Under the pieces are notes generated by a model that searched no databases, was not told the DNA's origin, and worked only from the letters and a program-made list of their open reading frames with translations. From positions 1 to 32,440 of IMG/VR virus record IMGVR_UViG_3300016484_000153: a DNA stretch of 32,440 nt; one strand, 5' to 3'. This document shows positions 1 to 6,767 of the stretch, piece by piece (positions within the stretch are counted from its first letter, which is position 1; the number at the start of each line of letters is the position of its first letter). A program made the position numbers and the translations under genes. Origin of the DNA: a virus. Lineage: Duplodnaviria > Caudoviricetes.

Positions 1-32
1 ACCAAGAACCAATAACCAATAAACAAATAAAT
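1..32 (+). repeat. Short ~7-bp tandem repeats (AACCAAG/AACCAAT/AACCAAT/AAACAAAT), possible origin iterons inside the initiator gene
   Basis: The repeats are visible at 1-32. Lambdoid origins lie inside the initiator gene. The window edge truncates the repeat. Confidence 0.35.
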
Positions 33-395
33 ACTAATACGCCTGAAGGCGTTAGTGATTTGGTTTGGAAAGATTTTAAAAAGTTAAGGGAAAAGCATAA
101 AGCTCCAATAACTGAAACAGCATTAAAAGGACTTAAGCGTGAAGCTGAAAAGGCAAAACTAAGTCTTGAAGCAGTAATGCAAATGTGCTGTGAAAGAGGC
201 TGGAGAGGATTTAAGGCTGAGTGGGTCATACAAGAGGCTCAGAAAGCCAAGGAATTGCCTCTAGGAACAGAGCAACAGATTGAGGAGGCATATAGGGTCG
301 AATGTGGCGGAGATCCTCGTATGGCTCGTTTTAACAGTTATTTTGAAATGAAGAAATTTATCCTTGACCAAAGAGATAAAAGGAAAAGCGCATGA
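3..395 (+). CDS. C-terminal part of a phage replication initiator (YdaU/DUF1376- or lambda O-like); 5' end lies outside the window
   Basis: The frame is open from position 3 (QEPITNKQINTNTPEGVSDLVWKDF...). The low-complexity linker followed by 'W.DF...R...KAPITETAL...CCERGWRGFKAEW' is typical of these initiators. It lies upstream of the nin-like region. Confidence 0.6.
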   Translation, partial: QEPITNKQINTNTPEGVSDLVWKDFKKLREKHKAPITETALKGLKREAEKAKLSLEAVMQMCCERGWRGFKAEWVIQEAQKAKELPLGTEQQIEEAYRVECGGDPRMARFNSYFEMKKFILDQRDKRKSA

Positions 396-544
396 TTTAT
401 TACATTTATGACGAACTGGGCATGATTCGCCAGGTTGAAAGCAAAACTGAAGCTCAATATCTGGTGTCTTTACGGCCTGAATGGAAAATTGTGGCTAAAA
501 AGGTCAATAAGCCTGTTTTCAAATTTGAGGAGGCATTGTTTTAA
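392..544 (+). CDS. Hypothetical protein, 50 aa (MIYYIYDELGMIRQVES...FEEALF)
   Basis: Translated by hand. It has an ATGA overlap with the upstream stop and fills the gap to the next gene, with GAGGAGG near its end serving as the SD for 547. Confidence 0.7.
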   Translation: MIYYIYDELGMIRQVESKTEAQYLVSLRPEWKIVAKKVNKPVFKFEEALF

Positions 545-546
545 AA

Positions 547-1095
547 ATGATAGCCGTTCTTTTTGCTCGAAAAGATAGCCGATACAAAGATTTAACTGGT
601 TTTGATGTTTATGACATTGACAGAGATGCTAGAAATTTTAATGAAAATTATCCAGTTATTGCTCATCCACCATGCAGGGCTTGGGGGCGTTTAAGTCATA
701 TGGCTAATCCAAGACCTGATGAAAAAGATTTAGCTTGGTTTGCTTTGGATAAAGTTCGTAAAAATGGCGGTGTTTTGGAGCATCCTAAAGGTAGTAGATT
801 GTGGAAAGAAGCATCATTACCGATGCCAGGTGAGTTTCCTGATGAATTTGGTGGCTTTACTTTGCTTATAGATCAATATCATTTTGGTCATGTAGCAAGA
901 AAATGGACACACCTATATATCGTTGGAATAGAACCTAAAGATTTACCTGAAATACCAATTAGGGGGGGGCAGCCTTGGAAAACTATTTGCGGAATTAAGG
1001 GGCAACCTGGAAGGAGATGCACTCAATATGAAAGAGAATATAGCCCTGATGGGTTAATTGATTTTATGGCTGAAATTTGCAAAAAGATTAAATGA
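547..1095 (+). CDS. Compact DNA cytosine-C5 methyltransferase-like protein
   Basis: AHPPC resembles catalytic motif IV, VLEHP resembles motif VI (ENV), and ARKWTHLYIVG resembles motif VIII. Motif I is degenerate (VLFARKDS). Confidence 0.55.
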   Translation: MIAVLFARKDSRYKDLTGFDVYDIDRDARNFNENYPVIAHPPCRAWGRLSHMANPRPDEKDLAWFALDKVRKNGGVLEHPKGSRLWKEASLPMPGEFPDEFGGFTLLIDQYHFGHVARKWTHLYIVGIEPKDLPEIPIRGGQPWKTICGIKGQPGRRCTQYEREYSPDGLIDFMAEICKKIK

Positions 1096-1277
1096 ATGAA
1101 CAAAAGCATAAACACAAATGCGCTGTTCGAGAGCTGATTAGGATCAGAAAACGCATGGGCCTAAAAGAATTTAGGGAATATGTGCATAAAAGCAATTTTG
1201 ACTGGCAGTTGTTAAGAGATTTTGAAGATCAATGGGTGAAAGGGAATAGGGCTGATGAGTATGGAGAATGGAAATAA
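1092..1277 (+). CDS. Hypothetical protein
   Basis: ORF coupled to the upstream gene by an ATGA overlap. Confidence 0.65.
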   Translation: MNEQKHKHKCAVRELIRIRKRMGLKEFREYVHKSNFDWQLLRDFEDQWVKGNRADEYGEWK

Positions 1278-1641
1278 GACTTTTATTTTGGCTAATGACA
1301 TGGTGCGTAAAAATGCCCAAGAAGCCATCAAAACAGCGCCACAAGGCTTTTTTGTAACGATTAAGCAGCCTACTAGGTCTTTGATGCAAAACAATCGCTT
1401 ATGGGCGCTTTTAACCGATGTAAGCCGTCAAGTTGACTGGTATGGCAGAAAACTAGCTCCTCAAGAATGGAAGGATGTTTTTACGGCAGCTATGAAAAAG
1501 CAGGATGTAGTGCCAGGAATTGAAGGTGGTTTTGTTGTGCTGGGTAGATCAACAAGCAACATGACTAAATCAGAAATGAATGATTTGCAGGAAATTATTA
1601 GCGCATTTGGCGCTCAACATGATGTGAAATGGAGTGAGTGA
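1255..1641 (+). CDS. ninB: NinB/Orf recombination-mediator family protein
   Basis: Signature 'RS..QN..LWALL.DVS.QV.W.G.KL..EWK.VFTA...VVPGI.GGFVVLG.STS.M...EM..L.E.I.AFGA...V.WS'. Confidence 0.9.
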   Translation: MSMENGNKTFILANDMVRKNAQEAIKTAPQGFFVTIKQPTRSLMQNNRLWALLTDVSRQVDWYGRKLAPQEWKDVFTAAMKKQDVVPGIEGGFVVLGRSTSNMTKSEMNDLQEIISAFGAQHDVKWSE

Positions 1642-1898
1642 TGAACAATAAACCAGTAGCAGAGTTGCTTATAAATGATGGTGAACCTTGGGGCTGTCGA
1701 TATAGCGATGAAGGAACATTTTTTAACGCTAATGGTTCACGAATGGATGGCTGGATTCCACTCTATACCCATCCAGTAAAAGAACTAACAGATGAGGAAA
1801 TAGAAGAAGTAATCAGAAAGCATTGGAACAGAGAATACAAAAACAGAGGAATGATGGAATTTGCTAAAGCAATATTAAGAAAGGCACAAGAGAAATGA
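1638..1898 (+). CDS. Hypothetical protein, repeat-cassette unit 1 (ends YTHPVKELTDEEI...AKAILRKAQEK)
   Basis: ORF with 4-nt stop/start overlaps at both ends. It shares two DNA boxes with the next gene. Confidence 0.75.
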   Translation: MMNNKPVAELLINDGEPWGCRYSDEGTFFNANGSRMDGWIPLYTHPVKELTDEEIEEVIRKHWNREYKNRGMMEFAKAILRKAQEK

Positions 1899-2062
1899 AA
1901 AAGCCAATAGGACAGCTTTGCCTTAATTGCGGTTCAAGCTGGAGTGATGAAAGACTTGCCCATGAAAAGCGATTCAAACCCAATTTAATTTCATGTTGCC
2001 CTGATAGAGAAATGGTTGATGTTTATACCCATCCAGTAAAAGAACTAACCGATAAGGAAATA
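1764..2062 (+). repeat. Direct repeat box A, 39 bp, at 1764-1802 and 2024-2062
   Basis: TATACCCATCCAGTAAAAGAACTAAC(A/C)GAT(G/A)AGGAAATA, with 2 mismatches. Confidence 0.95.
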
Positions 2063-2185
2063 TACAAAACAATTTTTGAATCAGGATTTGATAAAGAGTT
2101 GTTTATGCAAAACATAAATAGAGGAATTGAACCAATATCTTTGACTTTGGCTAAAGCAATATTAAGAAAGGCACAAGAGAAATGA
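1895..2185 (+). CDS. Hypothetical protein, repeat-cassette unit 2 (CxxC...CC N-terminus; ends YTHPVKELTDKEI...AKAILRKAQEK)
   Basis: ORF with ATGA overlaps. It shares two DNA boxes with the previous gene. Confidence 0.75.
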   Translation: MKKPIGQLCLNCGSSWSDERLAHEKRFKPNLISCCPDREMVDVYTHPVKELTDKEIYKTIFESGFDKELFMQNINRGIEPISLTLAKAILRKAQEK

Positions 2186-2274
2186 TTGGGGAATTTATTG
2201 AGTTTGTCTTGGTGTTTTTTGGTAGCGCATTAGTTTGCGGTTTCCTATTGTTTTTGTTTGATCCATTCCAATAG
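2182..2274 (+). CDS. Small single-TM hydrophobic peptide, 30 aa (MIGEFIEFVLVFFGSALVCGFLLFLFDPFQ)
   Basis: Translated by hand. It starts at the ATG of box B copy 2. Confidence 0.5.
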   Translation: MIGEFIEFVLVFFGSALVCGFLLFLFDPFQ

Positions 2275-2289
2275 AAAGGCATAAGAGAA

Positions 2290-2445
2290 ATGAAATGGGA
2301 AGATGCTTTTGAAGTAAAAAGACTTACTGATGACGAAATAAAAGAAATGTATTTTTACAATCAGTATTACAGGGAGGGCGAATTATGTGTAATTTGCTTT
2401 GTTCGTGGGCTTGAGAAAAAAATGATAGAAAAGGCAAAAAAATGA
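2290..2445 (+). CDS. Hypothetical protein, 51 aa, degenerate cassette unit (VKRLTDDEIKEM...MIEKAKK)
   Basis: Translated by hand. It starts at the ATG of partial box B, and its LTDDEI motif matches units 1 and 2. Confidence 0.65.
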   Translation: MKWEDAFEVKRLTDDEIKEMYFYNQYYREGELCVICFVRGLEKKMIEKAKK

Positions 2446-2597
2446 GAGATTTTAGCGTTCCGTATTTAGCAGCAAAAAAACTAATTGATGAGTATTACAA
2501 GGCTATGATTGCTCAAGATAGGCCGTTGGCGTATCAAATTGCTAATGATTTGGTAGAAGTGGCGCTTAAACTTGAGGATGTGGCTCATGCAGATTAA
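2442..2597 (+). CDS. Hypothetical protein, 51 aa (MRDFSVPYLAAKK...EDVAHAD)
   Basis: Translated by hand. It has an ATGA overlap upstream, and its end overlaps the start of the next gene. Confidence 0.65.
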   Translation: MRDFSVPYLAAKKLIDEYYKAMIAQDRPLAYQIANDLVEVALKLEDVAHAD

Positions 2598-3012
2598 AAA
2601 GTTCGATCAAGAACTGCATGACAAATACGATCCTCCAGCTAGAGCTGCTGTTGCTGCTTGGTTAAAAATGAAATGGGGCGTGGAGGCAAAAGACAATCCT
2701 GATAAATATGGGACTGATTTAATTGTTTATAAAAATGGTAAACAAGCTGGTTTTGCTGAAGTTGAAGTTCGCCAATGGAATCCATGCCCATTCCCAACAA
2801 TTCATGTGCCAGCTCGAAAAAAGCATATGCTGGAAGTGCCTAAAACGCTGTTTTTTGCATTAACTCAAGATATGCGCCATGCCTACTGGATCATGGGCCA
2901 CAAGGCTTTGGAATTTGACACAATTGAGCTGCGTGATGCAACAAAACATGAGGCTTATTATGATGTGCCAAAAGAGCTGTTTAGTTATGTTGATCTTACA
3001 GAGCCTTTTTAA
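2587..3012 (+). CDS. Hypothetical protein, possible PD-(D/E)xK-fold nuclease
   Basis: Pattern 'YGTDLIV...FAEVEVR'. ATG 2587 is preferred because GAGGA lies upstream (the ORF track starts at 2572). Confidence 0.5.
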   Translation: MQIKKFDQELHDKYDPPARAAVAAWLKMKWGVEAKDNPDKYGTDLIVYKNGKQAGFAEVEVRQWNPCPFPTIHVPARKKHMLEVPKTLFFALTQDMRHAYWIMGHKALEFDTIELRDATKHEAYYDVPKELFSYVDLTEPF

Positions 3013-3302
3013 TGTATCGAAATAAACAGCTTTTGGAAATAGTTCGCAGATTTCCATGCCAGGGATGCGGAATATCTGATGGAACAGTTGTTGCAGCTCA
3101 TTCAAATCAATTAAGGGATGGAAAAGGAAAGGGAATTAAAGCGCATGACTATCGAATTGCCAGCTTATGCTTCAAATGCCACTCAGAGCTTGACCAAGGG
3201 TCTAAAATGTCGAAAAGCGAAAGGGTGGAATTTTGGGAGGATGCCCACAGAAAAACGATTGCCTTGTTATTTGAACAAGGATTTCTACATACCAAGATTT
3301 GA
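3012..3302 (+). CDS. DUF1364/DUF968-like Zn-binding HNH-type nuclease
   Basis: Pattern CxxC...VAAHSN..GKG.GIKA.D...LCxxCH, in a nin-region context. Confidence 0.7.
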   Translation: MYRNKQLLEIVRRFPCQGCGISDGTVVAAHSNQLRDGKGKGIKAHDYRIASLCFKCHSELDQGSKMSKSERVEFWEDAHRKTIALLFEQGFLHTKI

Positions 3303-3343
3303 AGAAATGACATTAGAAGCCATAGAATTAATGGAAACACTTA

Positions 3344-3826
3344 ATGAATAAAGAATTAGCAAATCAATTGTTTTTTTATAAAAACGGAAAACTTTATTGG
3401 AAATCAAAATTTAGCAAATATTCAAATATAAAAATTGGTTCGGAAACAGGCTCTATTGATTCTGATGGGTATAAAAGAACAAAAGTAAATAAAAAAGTTT
3501 ATGGAACACATCAATTAATTTTTTTAATGTTTTATGGATACATTCCAAAACAATTAGATCATATTAATAAAAATAAAATAGATAATAGAATTGAAAATCT
3601 TAGAAATGCATCGCATTCTGAAAATCAACATAACAAATCAATACAAAAAAACAATACTTCAGGAATAAAAGGTGTTTCTTGGTATAAAAGACTAAAAAGA
3701 TGGCAAGTGCAAATTATGGTGAATAAAAAAGCCATGCATTTTGGGCATTTTGATGATTTAGAATTAGCAGAATTGGTGGCAAATGAAGCTAGACATAAAT
3801 ATCATGGTATTTTTGCATCATGTTAA
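3344..3826 (+). CDS. HNH homing endonuclease with C-terminal AP2-like DNA-binding domain
   Basis: 'LDHINKNKIDNRIENLR...ENQHN' followed by 'NNTSGIKGVSW...W.VQI...HFG.FDD.ELA'. The gene is visibly more AT-rich than its flanks. Confidence 0.9.
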   Translation: MNKELANQLFFYKNGKLYWKSKFSKYSNIKIGSETGSIDSDGYKRTKVNKKVYGTHQLIFLMFYGYIPKQLDHINKNKIDNRIENLRNASHSENQHNKSIQKNNTSGIKGVSWYKRLKRWQVQIMVNKKAMHFGHFDDLELAELVANEARHKYHGIFASC

Positions 3827-4203
3827 TTTTGTCATTGCCCCTTCCTCCTAGCGTTAATTCCTATTGGGGTTTTCATGGTCATAGGCGCTTTTTGACCAAA
3901 GATGCCAATGAATTTAAGAAAAAAGTGGCAGATTATGTTGTTGAGTATCGAGTGCCTAAATTGGGAACAGCCAGGATAGAAATGGAAGTAACTATTTACT
4001 TCAAAGACAGGAGAAGGCAAGATATAGATAATCGGATCAAAGCTCTTTGGGATGCTCTTACTGATGCTGGAGTTTTTGATGATGATGAGCAGATTGATAT
4101 TTTAATTATTAAGCGTGGAGAAGTTCGTAGAGAGGGCGGATGCCTTGTTTTTATTGACATTCTTGACGAAAAAGACAGTAAAATTGCAAAATGCCAAGCC
4201 TAA
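3820..4203 (+). CDS. rusA: RusA family Holliday junction resolvase
   Basis: Motifs 'LPLPPSVN.YW' and 'RRRQDIDNRIKALWDALT.AGVFDDD.QI'. Confidence 0.92.
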   Translation: MLILSLPLPPSVNSYWGFHGHRRFLTKDANEFKKKVADYVVEYRVPKLGTARIEMEVTIYFKDRRRQDIDNRIKALWDALTDAGVFDDDEQIDILIIKRGEVRREGGCLVFIDILDEKDSKIAKCQA

Positions 4204-4517
4204 AAGAACTCCTAAATACAGAGAGCTTAAAAAGCGGTGGTAGCTATTTATCAGATTTAGCGGACACAATTGTTAATCTTCCGACAAATCTACAAAGAGT
4301 TGTAACTCATCCTCAAATCTTTAATAAGATTGTTGGATATAACCCATTACAAAGGAAAACAGGCTTTGCAGCAGCAGCCACAGGGCTTTTTCCAAAACAA
4401 GAATATGCTGATGAAGCTGAAAGAAAGTCTTTAATTAAAAAATTTGGCAAAGAAATGTTTGTTGTAGCTCCTGGAATGAAAATGGTTTATCCAGAAGATG
4501 AGCAAAAAAATCGTTGA
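4191..4517 (+). CDS. Hypothetical protein
   Basis: 108-aa ORF in operon orientation. Confidence 0.6.
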   Translation: MPSLKELLNTESLKSGGSYLSDLADTIVNLPTNLQRVVTHPQIFNKIVGYNPLQRKTGFAAAATGLFPKQEYADEAERKSLIKKFGKEMFVVAPGMKMVYPEDEQKNR

Positions 4518-4574
4518 AAGTATTAAAATCGTTGTATTATTAAACCAGTTTTAACCAACCCTAAAGGAAAAATC

Positions 4575-4796
4575 ATGGGCAAAATGGATTCAATGAAAGG
4601 CATTCCCCTTCGCACAGGCGGTGTTATGCCAAAAGGCGCTAACAAGGCTGATATGTCAGGTGAGCGTAAAGAAGGCATTCGTGGCGGTGTTGCTATGGGA
4701 ATGGAAGATTCTGTTGGCAAAGACAAGCAATTTAATACTGGTCGCACAGAAGGTGTTTGTTACGAACACAAGCGCACAACTGGCGATAAGTGGTAA
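4575..4796 (+). CDS. Hypothetical protein (Gly/Met/Lys-rich)
   Basis: AAGGA SD before the ATG and phage-like codon use. Confidence 0.7.
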   Translation: MGKMDSMKGIPLRTGGVMPKGANKADMSGERKEGIRGGVAMGMEDSVGKDKQFNTGRTEGVCYEHKRTTGDKW

Positions 4797-4805
4797 TTTA
4801 AAAGC

Positions 4806-4840
4806 GAAAACCCCTAGCGTGAAGGGTCTAGGGGCTTTCT
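4806..4840 (+). terminator. Stem-loop, possible weak terminator or RNA element
   Basis: GAAAACCCCTAG (4806-17) pairs with CTAGGGGCTTTC (4828-39) with one mismatch. The U-tract is short. Confidence 0.45.
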
Positions 4841-4868
4841 AACCAACATCAACTAAAGAGGAGTTGAA

Positions 4869-5204
4869 GTGGCTGAAACAAATACTAAGTTAACTTGCCA
4901 ATACTGTAAATTTTTTATTGGTGGTTTAACGATTGGGAGCTGTAAAAGATTCCCAAAAACCGAGAACAAGCACAAGAATGACTGGTGCGGAGAATACTCT
5001 GCCTCAGAAAATGCTGCTTTTGAAGTTCCAGCTCATCCTGTTGACACAGGGTTTAAGGTCATTTGGAGCGAACCAAAAGTTCAAAAAATAGCTCCAGAAG
5101 CTGTTTATGACATCAATACGGATGCTATGGTCAATATGGCTGAAGCGATTACAGCAGAGCCAACTCCAGAGCCTCCTAAAAAGCGTGGAAGGCCAAAGAA
5201 ATGA
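4869..5204 (+). CDS. Cys-rich (putative metal-binding) protein with C-terminal AT-hook-like KKRGRPKK
   Basis: CxxC-x10-C...WCGE motif, with a GAGGAG SD before the GTG. Confidence 0.65.
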   Translation: MAETNTKLTCQYCKFFIGGLTIGSCKRFPKTENKHKNDWCGEYSASENAAFEVPAHPVDTGFKVIWSEPKVQKIAPEAVYDINTDAMVNMAEAITAEPTPEPPKKRGRPKK

Positions 5205-5503
5205 AGCTGATCCCATTAAAAGACAAAATCATTGTCAAGCCTGATGTGCGCCAGCTTTCTACCATTTTGATTGTAGATAACAAAGAAAACTACAACATGG
5301 GAACAGTTGTGGCAGTAGGCCCTGGGCGTGTAATCAATGGAAGGCGTGAGGAAATGCCAGTCCAAGTTGGCGATTATGTGCGCTTTGGAACTATGGGCAA
5401 AGATGCCAAAGACGAATACTTAAAATTTACAGAAGTAGAGCATGAAGGCGAAAAATGCCTTCTTATGTCATGGCAGGATGTTTGCTGGAGGGAAAATGCT
5501 TAA
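5201..5503 (+). CDS. groES: GroES/Cpn10 co-chaperonin
   Basis: 'MKLIPLKDKIIVK...GTVVAVGPG......M.VQVGD.V.F...EVE.EGE..L.M...DV'. Confidence 0.9.
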   Translation: MKLIPLKDKIIVKPDVRQLSTILIVDNKENYNMGTVVAVGPGRVINGRREEMPVQVGDYVRFGTMGKDAKDEYLKFTEVEHEGEKCLLMSWQDVCWRENA

Positions 5504-5849
5504 AAAATTAGCAAACTGGATCAAAGAGCTGTTTGTTTATCCTCCAGAATTAAAGGATATGCAACGCAGAGCTTTAGAAGCCAATCGGATCTATGAACAA
5601 GCCATAGAAAAGGCGAAGCCAAAGAAAAGACCAAGGCTTTATAAGCAAGCAACTGTTGTAACCAAAGGCGAATTACCTAAACCAAAGGAGAAAAAAGTGC
5701 CTCTTAAAAAATCAACCAGTAAAGCAGCCTTCAAATCTAATGTAGCCAAAGAGATCAAAGAAGGCGGAAAACCAGTAAAACAGGCTGTTGCCATTGCTTA
5801 TGCAGTAAAGCGTGAAGCAGCTAAGAAAACAACAAAGAAGTCTAAATGA
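5496..5849 (+). CDS. Basic hypothetical protein; the C-terminal 50 aa (from GTG 5697) form a small PLKK...KQAVAIA module
   Basis: ATG 5496 follows GGAGG. An internal in-frame GTG at 5697 follows AAGGAG. Confidence 0.6.
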   Translation: MLKKLANWIKELFVYPPELKDMQRRALEANRIYEQAIEKAKPKKRPRLYKQATVVTKGELPKPKEKKVPLKKSTSKAAFKSNVAKEIKEGGKPVKQAVAIAYAVKREAAKKTTKKSK

Positions 5850-5930
5850 ACAATGGGTGAAAGCCTTTTATATAGAAAGGCCAGTAAGTATGCTTTCTCA
5901 GGCAAGTAGCCCACCTAACAAGGAAATAAA

Positions 5931-6158
5931 ATGAACAAAAACTTTGTATTGATCCTAAACGCAGAGCAAATTAATACCATTTTTCAGGGATTGCATGAGC
6001 TTCCTGGCAAAGTATGTAACCCAATCGTGGTTCAACTTCAAAGCCAGTTAACTCCACAGCAACAGGCTGATATTGTTTCAAATCTACAAAACAGCCCAGA
6101 AGTTCAGGCTGATGTAGATGAGGCAGAGGCTAATTCAGACAGTATGGCAAATGAATAA
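5931..6158 (+). CDS. Hypothetical protein
   Basis: AAGGA SD and a 75-aa ORF. Confidence 0.7.
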   Translation: MNKNFVLILNAEQINTIFQGLHELPGKVCNPIVVQLQSQLTPQQQADIVSNLQNSPEVQADVDEAEANSDSMANE

Positions 6159-6456
6159 CTTAGTTAGATATACCCTTGAAGGAGGATTGCTTAGTAAAAA
6201 TAATTACTATGTTTATGCTCATTTAAGAAAAGATAACAAACATCCTTTTTATATAGGAAAAGGGCGTAGAGATAGAGCATTTGGGGCTAGAAATCAAAGA
6301 ACTAAAGAATGGATTAATATTTATAGAAATCATGGATGCGAAGTTAGATTTATTGCTCAAAATTTAGATGAGGAATTGGCTTTATTGTGTGAATCTGAAG
6401 CTATTGATGCTTATGAAAAAATAGGGTATACCCTTGTAAATGTGCACAAAAAATAG
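6151..6456 (+). CDS. GIY-YIG nuclease domain protein (catalytic domain only)
   Basis: 'YYVYAH...PFYIGKG...RA' plus 'E..AI..Y...LVN'. The gene is AT-rich. Confidence 0.8.
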   Translation: MNNLVRYTLEGGLLSKNNYYVYAHLRKDNKHPFYIGKGRRDRAFGARNQRTKEWINIYRNHGCEVRFIAQNLDEELALLCESEAIDAYEKIGYTLVNVHKK

Positions 6457-6467
6457 GCAGAAAAATC

Positions 6468-6767
6468 ATGGAATTACCAGTTGAATCAACTATTGACAAA
6501 GGCGGAGCGCCAAAGGGCAATGACAATGCAAGAAAGGGCAAGCTCTTTTATGGAGAGCTGCGTAAAGTCCTTGTGCAAAACGATGCTCTGAAACTCAGGG
6601 CTATTGCCGAGAAATTAGTTGATGCAGCTCAAGAAGGTGAGCCTTGGGCGGTAAAAGAGATCATGGATCGGATGGATGGAAAGCCATTACAGGCAACTTC
6701 TATTGAGAATCCTGATGGAACTGCCATTACTGGAATCCAAGTAACTTTTGTCAAACCAAGTGAGTGA
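6468..6767 (+). CDS. terS: Terminase small subunit
   Basis: N-terminal 'GGAPKGNDNA' and 'AVKEIMDRMDGKP'. It overlaps the start of terL. Confidence 0.75.
   Translation: MELPVESTIDKGGAPKGNDNARKGKLFYGELRKVLVQNDALKLRAIAEKLVDAAQEGEPWAVKEIMDRMDGKPLQATSIENPDGTAITGIQVTFVKPSE

Larger units (their letters stand above)
1863..2293 (+). repeat. Direct repeat box B, 36 bp identical at 1863-1898 and 2150-2185, with a partial copy at 2273-2293
   Basis: GCTAAAGCAATATTAAGAAAGGCACAAGAGAAATGA. The partial copy is AGAAAGGCATAAGAGAAATGA. Confidence 0.95.

Noticed and set aside
1764-2293. Direct repeats with unique intervening sequence as a CRISPR or mini-CRISPR array
   Set aside because: There are two alternating repeat types, the spacing is irregular (60-125 nt), the repeats are in-frame coding and non-palindromic, and no cas genes are present.
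3118-3351. 77-aa overlapping + strand ORF
   Set aside because: It mostly overlaps the better-supported nuclease gene in another frame and has no recognisable motif. Its tail could at most be a short coupling peptide.
4154-4184. TTGACA...TAAAAT promoter for a leaderless 4191 transcript
   Set aside because: The spacer is 19 bp and the site lies inside the rusA coding sequence, so it is too weak to call without TSS data.
6169-6436. TATACCCTTG direct repeat near both ends of the GIY-YIG gene as a target-site duplication
   Set aside because: It is only 10 bp, both copies lie inside the ORF, and homing endonucleases do not normally generate such duplications.
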